Of a DNA stretch of 64,000 nt, positions 41,277-51,301 are shown in pieces. The translations under genes were made by a program, and so were the position numbers. The notes under the pieces were generated by a model. The model was not told where the DNA came from. It was given only the letters and a program-made list of their open reading frames with translations, and did no database searches. The DNA is from Sumerlaeia bacterium. GTDB taxonomy: Bacteria > Sumerlaeota > Sumerlaeia > SLMS01 > JAHLLQ01. The stretch covers positions 15,054 to 79,053 of the forward strand of contig JAVJSW010000018.1 of the NCBI GenBank assembly GCA_040219255.1, in the 5' to 3' direction. Every line of letters begins with the position of its first letter. Positions within the stretch are counted from its first letter, which is position 1.

Positions 41277-41502
41277 AGCCCCCCCGCAGCCGCGGCGCCG
41301 ATCGCGGCGCCCGCTCCGAGGCGGGAAAAGCGGCTCGCTCCCCGATCCCTCCAGAACACACCCCGCTTGCGCCCACGGCTCCAGGGCGCATGCGGGCCTT
41401 TGTCGTTTCTTGTGACAAGCTGTCTCGTTGACTCCCTGCCGGCGCTCCGGTAAGACAACGCCTTGTAGCTGTCAAAACCCCGTGCATGGGAGCGAGCGAG
41501 CC

Positions 41503-42762
41503 GTGGCCGAACAACACCGATACCGCATTCTGGTGGTGGACGACGAGGAGGACATCCGGACCATCCTGACGGCTCTGCTCCGCCCCCATTACGAGGTTGT
41601 GCAGGCCAAGCACGGCCTGGACGCCCTTCTGAAGTTCCCCAGGTACGAACCCGATCTGGCCCTCATCGACATCATGATGCCGCTGATGGACGGCCTCCAA
41701 CTGGCGCGCCGAATCCGCACGATGCCGGGTTTCGAGCGCACGCCCCTGATCGCCGTTTCGGCCCGCGATACCCGCGACGATATGAAGGCCGGCTACGAAG
41801 CCGGCACCAGCGTCTACATCACCAAGCCCTTCGAACCCGAACGCGTGCTCAAGAACGTGGCGGTCAGCCTGGAGGGCTCGCCGCCCCGCCCCAAGAAGTT
41901 GAGCATGGCGGAAGCGGACGAGCAGGAACGGCACCTCGAGCAGCGCAAGCTCCTCGCGCTCTCGCGGTCGCAGACCGAGATTCGCAAGCTCGATGAGGAA
42001 CCGGCCGGCCCTCCCCGCGGCGAATCGGACGATCTTCGCAAGCGCCTGGAGGGCATGAAGGAACTGCGCGAGAGCAAGCTGGTGAAGAAGTACGCGCCGT
42101 CGGCCGCGCCCAAGCCGGCGGAAGAGGCCCCCGCGCCGCCCCCGGCGCCAACCGACCGGGAAGCCCCGCTGGCCCCCGGCGAGCTTCCCAAGTCCCCCTC
42201 CGGAACGCCCCCCCGCGTTCTGGTCGTGGAGGACGACGAAGACCTTGTGAAGATGGTGCGGGCGATTCTGGAGAACGAAGGCTTCGAAGTCGTGACCGCC
42301 CGCGATGGGCTCGTCGGTCTGAATAAGATTTCAGATTGCCAGCCGGACCTGTTCATTCTGGACGGCATGATGCCGAAACTGAGCGGCTATCAGCTTCTCG
42401 AAATGATTCGCAGCGCTTCGGAAACGAGAGCCAAACCGGTCGTTTTCTCCTCGGGCAAAGCCCGCCCCAGGGACATGCAGACGGCGATGTCCAAGGGCGC
42501 GACGGCCTACCTGGCCAAGCCCTACGAGAACTGGCAACTGGCCGATCTGGTCCGCAAAATCTGCCGGGCCCCCGGCTTCGAAGTCGGCGACAAGCGCGTC
42601 CCCATCGAAGATTTCCATTATCGCGAAGGGGTGCAGGAAGACCGCCACAAACGCACGGAAGAACGCATCGGGCTCTGGCAGACCCGCAAAGCGCTGAACA
42701 ATTTCTTCGACAAATATGGGGACAAAGACCCGTTCGGGAAGGAATCTGGCGAGGAGTCTTAG
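41503..42762 (+). CDS. Response regulator with two receiver domains and no recognisable output domain
   Basis: ILVVDDE/DIMMP/YITKPF and VLVVEDD/DGMMP/YLAKPY joined by a charged and Pro-rich linker. Confidence 0.88.
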   Translation: MAEQHRYRILVVDDEEDIRTILTALLRPHYEVVQAKHGLDALLKFPRYEPDLALIDIMMPLMDGLQLARRIRTMPGFERTPLIAVSARDTRDDMKAGYEAGTSVYITKPFEPERVLKNVAVSLEGSPPRPKKLSMAEADEQERHLEQRKLLALSRSQTEIRKLDEEPAGPPRGESDDLRKRLEGMKELRESKLVKKYAPSAAPKPAEEAPAPPPAPTDREAPLAPGELPKSPSGTPPRVLVVEDDEDLVKMVRAILENEGFEVVTARDGLVGLNKISDCQPDLFILDGMMPKLSGYQLLEMIRSASETRAKPVVFSSGKARPRDMQTAMSKGATAYLAKPYENWQLADLVRKICRAPGFEVGDKRVPIEDFHYREGVQEDRHKRTEERIGLWQTRKALNNFFDKYGDKDPFGKESGEES

Positions 42763-42823
42763 GTGCCGGCCACCGCTTCGGTGTTCGGCCCTATTCCCCC
42801 CACCGCGATTCCAAGGAGACTCT

Positions 42824-43753
42824 ATGTCCACCCCCGCCCCAGCCCCCTTTCCACCCCCAGTCTTCGCGCTGCTGACACCCATGTCCGGAGAAAACGGGCG
42901 CCCGGACCACGGCGCTTTGAGGGACTATCTGGCGTTCCTGGAGGAACGCGGCGTTCAAAGCGTCATGGTCTGCGGCACCACCGGCGAATTCGCTTCTTTG
43001 CAAGAGAAGGAACGCATCCGCCTTCTGGCGACCACCCGCGAATGCTTCGCCGGCACCGTGATCTACCACGCGAGCGACCCCTGCATGGAAACCGTTCGCG
43101 AATACCTAGACGCCTGCCGCGAACTGGCCGACGGCGTCATGATGCTGCCGCCGTACTACTACGCCTACCCCTGCGACGAAGGCCTGCTGGCATATTTCCG
43201 CGCCGTGCTGACGGGCTACCGCGGTCCGCCGGTGATTCTGTATCACTTCCCCCGCCACAGCCAGGCGATCGTTTCGCCCAGCTTGTTCGCCCAACTGGTG
43301 GAAGAATTCCCCGAGGTGGCTGGCATGAAGGATTCTGGCGGCGACTTGGCCCACGCCCAGGAATGCATGAAGCGCGGCAACGCCATCCGGCCGGTGTCGA
43401 TCTACATCGGCAGCGACCGCATGGCGCTGCAAAGTCTTCAAATCGGCATGAGCGGGAGTGTGACCGGTGCCGGAAATCCAGTGCCGGAGGCGCTGGTGGA
43501 ATTGACGGAGCGCTTTCGGGCGGGCGAGGAAGCCGACGCCCGCGCCGCGCAGGACCGTCTGGACGATTGGTCCGCTTTCCGTAAGAATCTGCCGGCCAGC
43601 GAAATCGCCATCGCCAAAGCCGGACTGGCGGCCCGCCTTCCCGGCTTCCCCACCGCTGTACGGCCTCCGCTAGTGGAGGCTTCCCCGCGGATCAAATCGC
43701 TGGTGCGCGATTTCCTCAGCGGCTTCGCCGATTCGGAGGAAGGCGCCGCCTAG
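42824..43753 (+). CDS. Dihydrodipicolinate synthase/N-acetylneuraminate lyase family aldolase
   Basis: GTTGEF, PPYYY, ILYHFP, GMKDS; AAGGAG RBS. Confidence 0.88.
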   Translation: MSTPAPAPFPPPVFALLTPMSGENGRPDHGALRDYLAFLEERGVQSVMVCGTTGEFASLQEKERIRLLATTRECFAGTVIYHASDPCMETVREYLDACRELADGVMMLPPYYYAYPCDEGLLAYFRAVLTGYRGPPVILYHFPRHSQAIVSPSLFAQLVEEFPEVAGMKDSGGDLAHAQECMKRGNAIRPVSIYIGSDRMALQSLQIGMSGSVTGAGNPVPEALVELTERFRAGEEADARAAQDRLDDWSAFRKNLPASEIAIAKAGLAARLPGFPTAVRPPLVEASPRIKSLVRDFLSGFADSEEGAA

Positions 43754-45885
43754 CGAATCTGTGCCAGAGTGCGGCTTTCCTTGGTGGCTGCGGGCTGCGC
43801 CGTGTCGCTGCTCAAGCCCCGCTCCAGAAAGCCCACGAACGCTTCCTCGTCGCGCGTCAGACCCTCGAAGGTCGAGATCACGGTCTCGCCGTCGGGCGAC
43901 AGGATCGCGTAGAACGGCAGCGCCAGCGTGCCGAAGTGCTCGATCTGGTAGGACTGGTACTTGTCGCCCACGTCCTTGTCGTCGGTATAGAGCGAGACGC
44001 GCACGAATTGGTCGAGCCGTTCGCTGACCGCCGGGCGGGGGAACATGTCCTTTTCCATCAGGCGGCAATTCGTGCAGGTCCACCCCGTGAAGTCGATGAA
44101 CAGCGGCTTGTTCTCGTTCCTGGCCTGGGCCATGGCGCCTTCCAGGTCGTTGAGGATAAAGGGCGGATGGCCGGCGTCTTCCGTGGCGCGAGCGAGGCCG
44201 GCGGCGCCCTGGGACGCCAGCGTTCGCGAACCGGTCATGGCTTTGTCCGGCGGCATGAAGGCCTCGATCTGGCCGTTGAGGCGTCCGCCGAAGAGACCGA
44301 AAGCCAGATACAGCGCCAGGGCGCCAAAGCTCAAACCGCCAAGCAGGCGCCCCGCCGAAAGGCCCTCCACCGGCGCGTCGTGCGAGAGGCGGATCTGACC
44401 CAGCAGGTACATCGCCACCGCCACCGCCACCATCACCCAGAGGGCCAGCAGGACCTCGCGCGTCAGCACGCCCCAGCCCCAGACCAGGTCGGCGCGGGAT
44501 AGGTACAGCGCGGCGAGGGCCAACTCGATCAGACCGACGGTGACCTTCAGCGTGTTCATCCAGCCCCCCGCCCTGGGCAGCGAGGAGATCATTCCGGGCG
44601 CCAGGCCGAGCAGGAAAAACGGCAACGAAAACCCGAGGCCGAAGAACAGGAAGCCCAGCAACGGCCGCAGCACATCGCCCGTCAGCAATTGCGGAATCAG
44701 CAAGCCCATGAAGGGCGCCGTGCAGGTGAAGGAAATAATCACGAAGGCCGTCGCCATGGCCATCGCGCTGAGCGCCAGACCGCGCTGGCTCTTGGCTCCG
44801 CCGCCTTGGAGCTTGTTGGCCCAGGAGGCAGGGAGGCTGATTTCGAAGGCCCCGAAGAAACTGAGCGCGAACGCCAGGAACAACCCCGCCAGCGCGAGGT
44901 TCACCCACGGATTGGCGGCGAACTGATTGGCGATTCCGCCCTGCTCGGCGCCCCAGCCGAGGGCGAACCGCGCGATCGTCAGGAACACGCCGATGGCCGC
45001 GAACCCGGCCAGCATCGTCCCGGCGTAAAGCGCCACCAGGCCGACGCGGCGCCCGCCGTCATCGCCCGTTTTCTTGCTGAAGAATCCGATCGTGATCGGA
45101 ATCATCGGGTACGAGCAGGGCATCAACAGCGCCCCGAAACCGGCCAGCATCGCCGCCAGCAGGAAGAACGGCAGCGTCGCCGATTCGCGCTCCGATTCGG
45201 TCTCGGTCGAGGCCGTCATGGCAGCCGGCTTCGCCGCTTCGATGGCTGGAGCGGCGGTCGGATCGGGCGCTGGCGGGGATTGGGAAGCTGCCGCGGGCGG
45301 CTCCGTTCCAGCGGGAGCCGGGGCGGCCGCCGCTTCCTCGCCCGTCCGTTCGCGGATCAGCACCGAAGCCTCGAACGGAATGCGCCGGGGCGGCAGGCAC
45401 GAGGTGGCGTCGCACACCTGGAGCATGATCGTGCCGCTGGTGCGCAACTCTCCTTCGGTGGCGGACTCGGCGACGCGGAAGGTGCGCTCGAAGGTGACCG
45501 TGCCGTTGAAGGTGTTGACCTCGATTTCAAAGCCCTCGTCGAACTTGCGCTTGGGCTGGGGCTCGCGCCAGTCCTGGCCTTCGATGGGCTCGAGGAGTGT
45601 GTTGGGGTTGATTTTCGGCTGAGACGGAACCGGCCCCACGCCGTCCTGCCGCATCGCGTAGATGTAATATCCGGGTTCGATGTCGGCTTTGACCTGAACG
45701 GTCACTTCGCCGCCCGGGTAGGCCACGCTGGGGTAGAAGCCGGCGGTGACCTTGACGGGGTACTTGAAGCCCCCGGGGCCGGCCGCTTTCGGGGGTCCGA
45801 AACTCAACTGGGCTTGCACGGCGGAAACCGCCAGCACACACCACCCAAAAATCAATGCCATCCAGCTCAGTTGTCGAAGTCGCAC
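43750..45885 (-). CDS. dsbD: Thiol:disulfide interchange protein DsbD (start approximate)
   Basis: QVCDATSCLPP, MPCSYPMIP, SFTCTAP, LPRAGGWMN, DFTGWTCTNC. Confidence 0.9.
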   Translation of the reverse strand: MRLRQLSWMALIFGWCVLAVSAVQAQLSFGPPKAAGPGGFKYPVKVTAGFYPSVAYPGGEVTVQVKADIEPGYYIYAMRQDGVGPVPSQPKINPNTLLEPIEGQDWREPQPKRKFDEGFEIEVNTFNGTVTFERTFRVAESATEGELRTSGTIMLQVCDATSCLPPRRIPFEASVLIRERTGEEAAAAPAPAGTEPPAAASQSPPAPDPTAAPAIEAAKPAAMTASTETESERESATLPFFLLAAMLAGFGALLMPCSYPMIPITIGFFSKKTGDDGGRRVGLVALYAGTMLAGFAAIGVFLTIARFALGWGAEQGGIANQFAANPWVNLALAGLFLAFALSFFGAFEISLPASWANKLQGGGAKSQRGLALSAMAMATAFVIISFTCTAPFMGLLIPQLLTGDVLRPLLGFLFFGLGFSLPFFLLGLAPGMISSLPRAGGWMNTLKVTVGLIELALAALYLSRADLVWGWGVLTREVLLALWVMVAVAVAMYLLGQIRLSHDAPVEGLSAGRLLGGLSFGALALYLAFGLFGGRLNGQIEAFMPPDKAMTGSRTLASQGAAGLARATEDAGHPPFILNDLEGAMAQARNENKPLFIDFTGWTCTNCRLMEKDMFPRPAVSERLDQFVRVSLYTDDKDVGDKYQSYQIEHFGTLALPFYAILSPDGETVISTFEGLTRDEEAFVGFLERGLSSDTAQPAATKESRTLAQIR

Positions 45886-45961
45886 GTAGTCGTCAGCTCC
45901 CAATTCCAAACATTCTTGGGGGGCTGTCAGGCAAAACGGGTGCCGCCCTGCGGGGCCTGTC

Positions 45962-46765
45962 CTACATGGCGGCGGGCCAGAGCTTCCAGGCCAGAACCAA
46001 AGCCGCCGCCCCGGCGGAGGAAGCGTTGAACAGGATGTGGGTCGCGATACTGGCGCCCAAGCCATGCCAGCGCCGCACCAGTCCCCAGACAATGGCGACA
46101 AAAAAAATCTGAAGTTCCTTAACCCCCGGCGGACTCAGCATTCCCGCGTGCGCGACGGCGAAGATGGCGGCCTGCGCCACCACCGCGATCATCGGCGATT
46201 TGCCCGCGCGGACGCAGGCCACTTCCAGAACGCCCTGCAGCGCGCCCCGGTACAGGATCTCCTCCCACGCCGCCGCCACCAGCGCCAGCGCGCAGATCGC
46301 CCCGATGCCGGCCGCCGACCGAGTCACCTCGTCGAGCATCCCTTGGGCCTCAACCGGGACAAATTGACTCAACGCGAAAACGATCGCGTGGGAGCCGAGC
46401 AGCGTTCCCATCGCCGCCACCAGGATCGTGGGCACGGGCCGGCGGAAGAGCTTCGGCGGGGGTTGGCGCAACGCCAAATCCGTCGTGATGGCGGCGGGCA
46501 GCGCCGCCAGCGCGAAGGCGCTCCGGAAAACCGTCATCAGCACCGCTGTCTTCAGCAAACCTTCCGCCGCGAAGGTCGCCCGCTCCGACAACACCGTCGC
46601 CAGACAAAGACCCAGAAGCGCCACCGCGATCCAGGCCAGGCCCCGCTGTCCCAGGAGCGCGGCGCACTTCGCCCGCTCGCGCATCCACCAAGCCGCCCCC
46701 CACCCCGCCAGGAGGGCTTCCACAAGAAGGGCGAACATGAGGGCGATCGTGACGTAGGTGGACAT
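45962..46765 (-). CDS. CPBP/Abi (CAAX type II) intramembrane metalloprotease
   Basis: EEILYRG, FAVAH, H-ILFN. Confidence 0.85.
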   Translation of the reverse strand: MSTYVTIALMFALLVEALLAGWGAAWWMRERAKCAALLGQRGLAWIAVALLGLCLATVLSERATFAAEGLLKTAVLMTVFRSAFALAALPAAITTDLALRQPPPKLFRRPVPTILVAAMGTLLGSHAIVFALSQFVPVEAQGMLDEVTRSAAGIGAICALALVAAAWEEILYRGALQGVLEVACVRAGKSPMIAVVAQAAIFAVAHAGMLSPPGVKELQIFFVAIVWGLVRRWHGLGASIATHILFNASSAGAAALVLAWKLWPAAM

Positions 46766-46835
46766 AGCGGGCGGAGCTTAGGCCGAAGCGGTGGAGCGAT
46801 GGAAAGCGAAAAGCCCCCGGCCCCTTCGCGATCCG

Positions 46836-47630
46836 TTACCCGAACATGAACCGCGTCAGGATGAAGTCGAAGAGCAGGATGCAGGTCAGGCTAGTAACCA
46901 CCGCGCGGGTGGTGGAACGGCCCACTCCCGCGGCGCCACCCCGGGTTTCGAGCCCGTGCCAGACACAGATGCTGGAGTACAGACCGCCGAAAACCAACGC
47001 CTTTCCCAGGCCGTTGGCCAGTTCCTTGAAGTCCACGAAGCCGAACACGTTGTCCCAGTACACATGGGTTGGAACGGAGAAGTAGGTGCTGCTGATGATG
47101 GCGCCGCCAAGCAGGCTAAAGGCGATGGAGTAGAGCGTCAGGACGGGGTTGAGGACGAGCGAGCTGACGATGCGGGGCATGGCCAGGAACCGGGTGGGCC
47201 GGATGCCCATGGCGCGCAAAGCGTCGATCTCGTCGTTGACGGCCATCGTGCCCAACTCGGCGGTCATGGCGGCGCCGACGCGGGCGGCGATGATAAAGGC
47301 GGTGAAGACGGGGGCGAACTCGCGGACAATGGAGATGCCGAGCGGTTCGCCGATCCGTTCCTCGACCCCGAAGTCTTCGAGTGGGATGCCGATGTTGATG
47401 GCGATAATCATTCCGGTGAAGAGGCCGACGAGGCAAGCCAGCGGGGCGGTCTGGACGCCGATGACGAGTCCCTGCCGCAGAAGCCGGCGTATGTCGCCTT
47501 TGCTCAGCCGCAACATGCTCAGGCTTTCCACGAACAGCAGCGCGATGCCGCCGGTGGTCAGGAACAGGGTCTCGAAAACCTTGTGGATACTCTTGAAGAG
47601 ATTGGGCGTTTGGTCGGTACGTTCAGCCAT
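46836..47630 (-). CDS. mlaE: MlaE-family ABC permease
   Basis: REFAPV, AELGTM, EIDALRAMG, GGAAGVGRSTT. Confidence 0.92.
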   Translation of the reverse strand: MAERTDQTPNLFKSIHKVFETLFLTTGGIALLFVESLSMLRLSKGDIRRLLRQGLVIGVQTAPLACLVGLFTGMIIAINIGIPLEDFGVEERIGEPLGISIVREFAPVFTAFIIAARVGAAMTAELGTMAVNDEIDALRAMGIRPTRFLAMPRIVSSLVLNPVLTLYSIAFSLLGGAIISSTYFSVPTHVYWDNVFGFVDFKELANGLGKALVFGGLYSSICVWHGLETRGGAAGVGRSTTRAVVTSLTCILLFDFILTRFMFG

Positions 47631-47782
47631 GGAGGCGGGCATCCTGCTTGCGGATATTTTTCGAGGATTACGCTGGAGGGGCTCGCTGGCGAGGTGCAAG
47701 GGCGAACCCCAAGTGTCATCTTTCCCGCGACACCGCCGCCCGCCTGTCCCAGACTTTTCCCCATCACAAGGAGACCTCAGCC

Positions 47783-48352
47783 ATGGCCACTGCGCTCGTT
47801 CCCCTGATCGACGGCTTTGAAGAAACCGAGGCGATCGCCACCGTCGACATCCTGCGCCGCGGCGGGGTGACGGTCACCACCGCCGGAATCGCCGACCTGA
47901 GGGTGGGCGGCAGCCGGGGCATAGTGGTTCAAGCCGACACGCGTTACGCGGACACGTTGCTGGCGCGCTACGATGCGATTGTCCTGCCAGGTGGTCCGGG
48001 GGCGCGAAAACTCAACCAAGTCGAAGGTCTCCACGCCCGGTTGCGTCAGCAGGCGCGCGAGGGCGTGGTGGCGGCGATCTGCGCCGCGCCGGTGGTGCTG
48101 GCGGCGGCGGGCCTCCTGGAAGGCCAGCCAGCGGCCTGCCACCCATCCGCCGAAGGCGAGATGGGCGGAGCCCGCCTTCTCCGTCAGCCCGTCGTGCGGG
48201 CCGGCAATATCCTCACGAGCCGAGGGGTCGGCACGGCGCTGGACTTCGCGCTGGCGCTGGTGGCTCGGCTGCGGGGCGAGGAAGCCGCGCGGAGCGTGGC
48301 GGAAGCCATCGTGTACGACGGCCCGGGCTGGAAATCGGCGGTGCCGGCCTGA
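47783..48352 (+). CDS. DJ-1/ThiJ (YajL) family glyoxalase/deglycase
   Basis: GFEETEA, LPGG, AAICAAP, TSRGVGTA; AAGGAG RBS. Confidence 0.92.
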   Translation: MATALVPLIDGFEETEAIATVDILRRGGVTVTTAGIADLRVGGSRGIVVQADTRYADTLLARYDAIVLPGGPGARKLNQVEGLHARLRQQAREGVVAAICAAPVVLAAAGLLEGQPAACHPSAEGEMGGARLLRQPVVRAGNILTSRGVGTALDFALALVARLRGEEAARSVAEAIVYDGPGWKSAVPA

Positions 48353-48554
48353 GATCCGGCCAAATCGTCCAGGGCTGGGCACGAAGTTTGTTCCTGATTA
48401 TGACTCAACGCCGGACCCTGTCGAAAAATTGAATTTACGGCGAACACGGAACTGGAAAAAAGCGGGACGGCAAGAATCATCTTGCTTTCCTTCTATAGAC
48501 CGGTCCAAACACAACGAATTGATCCGATTAAGCGATTTATAGCGAGGTCTAAAA

Positions 48555-49526
48555 ATGCCTTCGATGCTCAAAGAGGAGAAGTCGGCGACCCTTTCATCCG
48601 ACGCCGCTTGGCCCGTTTCTCCCGAACAATCCGCTCCCACCCGTCCCTCATCCTCCAAAACCCGTTCCCGAGTTTCCTCCATTGGCATTCTGTTTGACCC
48701 TCAAGACTCCAGCCAGAAGGCCTTCGCCCGTGTGTTGACGGCCGATGGCGAGGCGTTCCACGACGCGAGCCGGGAAACCGGCAGGCAGTCCCTGGCGCCT
48801 CTGCTGGCCTTCGATTGCGGGGCTCTCGCGGATCAGGACCCGCTCGATCGTCCCCTGTGGCTTTTCCTGACCGAGTTCCAGCGCCTCGACACTCCCGCCG
48901 CGATGGCCGATCTGGATGGCGTGTTCTGCCCCAGCGACGAGCTGGCCTGGCGCATTCGCAACGAATTCCCCGAACTCCCCGTTCACGTCACCGGCCTGCC
49001 GGTTTGCTCCGGACTCTTCATGGATGAAGATGGCGATGTGACACGCCGCCAGCTCGGGGCGGAGGAGGGCCAGCTCGTGGTGTTCTGCCGTGAGGAGACG
49101 GCCGCGCTGTCGCAAGCGATGGATCGCGTGATGGAGGACGAGCGTTTTTTCCTGATCACACAGGAGCACCTGCGGATCATCGATCACGATCCCTGCCGCG
49201 CCACCGGGCGGGCGCTGAGCGCCTGCGATCTGATGGTGGCGGAGCCGTCGGCCTGGCGCCTGGCGGAGGCGTTGGCCTGCAACCTGCCCGTGGTGGCGTG
49301 GGCGGACACACAGAGTCCGTATTTCCAGAACGCCCTTTACCTGACGCAGCACGGGGCGGGTCAGATTTGCCAGGATGGCCTCGATCTGGTCTACCGTCTA
49401 GGAATCTTCGCGAGCAAACCGGAGCGCATCAGGCGCCTGCGCGAGGCCGTCCGGGGGCTCTCGCGCACCTTCGACGCCGGCCAACTGGCCAAAACGATCA
49501 ATCAGTCGATGGCCTGCGCGGCCTGA
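48555..49526 (+). CDS. Degenerate MGDG synthase/UgtP-like GT-B protein
   Basis: VHVTGLPV, ACDLMV, AEALACNLPVV, QNALYL..GAG. Confidence 0.65.
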   Translation: MPSMLKEEKSATLSSDAAWPVSPEQSAPTRPSSSKTRSRVSSIGILFDPQDSSQKAFARVLTADGEAFHDASRETGRQSLAPLLAFDCGALADQDPLDRPLWLFLTEFQRLDTPAAMADLDGVFCPSDELAWRIRNEFPELPVHVTGLPVCSGLFMDEDGDVTRRQLGAEEGQLVVFCREETAALSQAMDRVMEDERFFLITQEHLRIIDHDPCRATGRALSACDLMVAEPSAWRLAEALACNLPVVAWADTQSPYFQNALYLTQHGAGQICQDGLDLVYRLGIFASKPERIRRLREAVRGLSRTFDAGQLAKTINQSMACAA

Positions 49527-49571
49527 TTGGCGGGGCAGGGGAGGGTCCGACGGCCTTCCCGCGCCCGGCCT

Positions 49572-50330
49572 TTACCCGGCGGGAACTTCCGCCCGGCCCC
49601 AATGCGTCCATTCCGCCGCCACGCCTTTGTGGGCGGATGGCGGCGCGAAATATTCCGTAGCCTGGCCAATACCCTCGGTCCCGGGCTGGGTGCTCCAGTA
49701 GCGCAGGCCGATGGCATCGCCGTCTTCGTTCCGAACCCAGCCGAGGAAGATGACGCTGTGGCCGCTGCCGTGGGTTTTGCCTTCCGCGGGGCGGCGCCAG
49801 ATCTGAACGAAATCACCCGGCATGGCGGCGGCCATGGCGAGGGTGCGGCCCGCGCCGAATTCTTCGAGCGCGGCGGAGGGGCCGGAGGCATTGATTTCCG
49901 GTACGAACCAGAGGGATTGAAAGCGCTGCCAGTCTTTCGGCTGCAGCGGCGAGGCGCCGGGGTTGGGCGCCCAGGCGTCAGTCCAGGCGCGGGCGAAGAC
50001 CTCCAGGGTCAGGCCACAGCAGAACGTCCGGCCGCCCGGTTCGCCTTCCATCACGGGCTCGCCGAAGAGCAGCACGTTCGTGGTGCAGCCATCGTAGGCG
50101 CTCTCTCCCGCGCGCGGCCACCAATAGGCGTGGGTGCCGTCGATCGGATAGGACCCGGCGATGTCGAGGACCCGCTCGTTGAACGGAGGCAGAGGGGCCG
50201 CGCCCTTCTCCCAGTCGGCGAGGGGAATGGCCTGGGGCGCGATGGGATGCTCCGGCTGGCCCGGGGCGAGCGCGGGCGACAGGAGGAGAAGGCAAAGCAG
50301 TGCCGGTAGATGACGAATGGGGAAGAGCAT
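49572..50330 (-). CDS. Secreted hypothetical protein, possible NlpC/P60-like cysteine hydrolase
   Basis: Signal peptide; TFCCGL, PGDFVQIW, GHSVIF. Confidence 0.6.
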   Translation of the reverse strand: MLFPIRHLPALLCLLLLSPALAPGQPEHPIAPQAIPLADWEKGAAPLPPFNERVLDIAGSYPIDGTHAYWWPRAGESAYDGCTTNVLLFGEPVMEGEPGGRTFCCGLTLEVFARAWTDAWAPNPGASPLQPKDWQRFQSLWFVPEINASGPSAALEEFGAGRTLAMAAAMPGDFVQIWRRPAEGKTHGSGHSVIFLGWVRNEDGDAIGLRYWSTQPGTEGIGQATEYFAPPSAHKGVAAEWTHWGRAEVPAG

Positions 50331-50353
50331 GGCGTGTCCCGGAGAGCGAAATG

Positions 50354-51301
50354 TCAGGCCAGTGTGACGTGGCGCACAGCATTGCGGCCATCGTTTTTTG
50401 CCCGGTAGAGGGCCTGGTCGGCGTGCGAGATGAGGCGCGAAAGGTCGGCCGCGGGATTGGGCTGGCAGGGGAAGAAGCAAAGGCCGGCGCTGAGGGTGAC
50501 GGTGAGCACTTCGTTTCCGGCGCGCATGGGTTCGGCGGAAATGCTCAGGCGCAGGCGCTCGGCGACGGCGAGGAGGGCGTCGAAGCTGGCGCCGGAGGCG
50601 AGAACGATGAATTCCTCACCGCCATAGCGTCCGCAGAGGTCGGTGCTGCGGACGGTGCGTTGCAGGCGGCGGGCGACCTCGCGCAGAACCTCGTCGCCGG
50701 CCAGATGTCCGTAGGTGTCGTTGATGGCCTTGAAATGATCCAGGTCCGCCAGTATCAGCGCCATCGGCTGGCCCGCCGGGGGGCGCTTCAGGGCGGCCTC
50801 CGCCTGGGCCAGAAAGCCCTCGCGGTTCGAAAGGCCGGTGAGCGCGTCGTGGGTCGCTTTGAATTCGAGAAGGCGGGCGTCCGACTTGGTCTGCCGCAGT
50901 TCCGAATCCAAGGTGAAGATGCGCCGGTTGAGCGCCATGAAGCGTTGCGTCTTGTCCTCGTTGAAATACAGGCGCACCAGGATGCGGGCATCGTCCGGAT
51001 TAGGGTTGGGTTCGGCCAGCGAGCCTTCCGCCCGATAAGCCACCGATTGACCGTTGGCGCCCTCAATCAGGAGCGTCATGGGCACCGGTTCGCGGCAACT
51101 GCAACAGATCCAGAGCCATTCGCGGACCTGCTTGGCGGAGGTGCCGAAGTCGATCAGGGAGGACGGTTCGCGCTCGAGCCCCAACTCCTCGATCATCCGC
51201 CGGGCCGCCCGATTGGCGCAAAGGATCGCGCCCTTGCCGGTCACGACCAGCGAGGGTTCGGCGAGGGCGTTGAGCAGGCCTTCGACGGTGACGGCTCTCA
51301 T
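50354..51301 (-). CDS. PAS-like domain plus diguanylate cyclase
   Basis: HDALTGL, DLDHFKAINDTYGH, RSTD (I-site), GGEEF, ADQALYRAK. Confidence 0.93.
   Translation of the reverse strand: MRAVTVEGLLNALAEPSLVVTGKGAILCANRAARRMIEELGLEREPSSLIDFGTSAKQVREWLWICCSCREPVPMTLLIEGANGQSVAYRAEGSLAEPNPNPDDARILVRLYFNEDKTQRFMALNRRIFTLDSELRQTKSDARLLEFKATHDALTGLSNREGFLAQAEAALKRPPAGQPMALILADLDHFKAINDTYGHLAGDEVLREVARRLQRTVRSTDLCGRYGGEEFIVLASGASFDALLAVAERLRLSISAEPMRAGNEVLTVTLSAGLCFFPCQPNPAADLSRLISHADQALYRAKNDGRNAVRHVTLA

Noticed and set aside
45886-46101. Long dsbD overlap with the CPBP gene
   Set aside because: Artefact of the longest-ORF start; a signal-peptide-like start lies at about 45885-45861.
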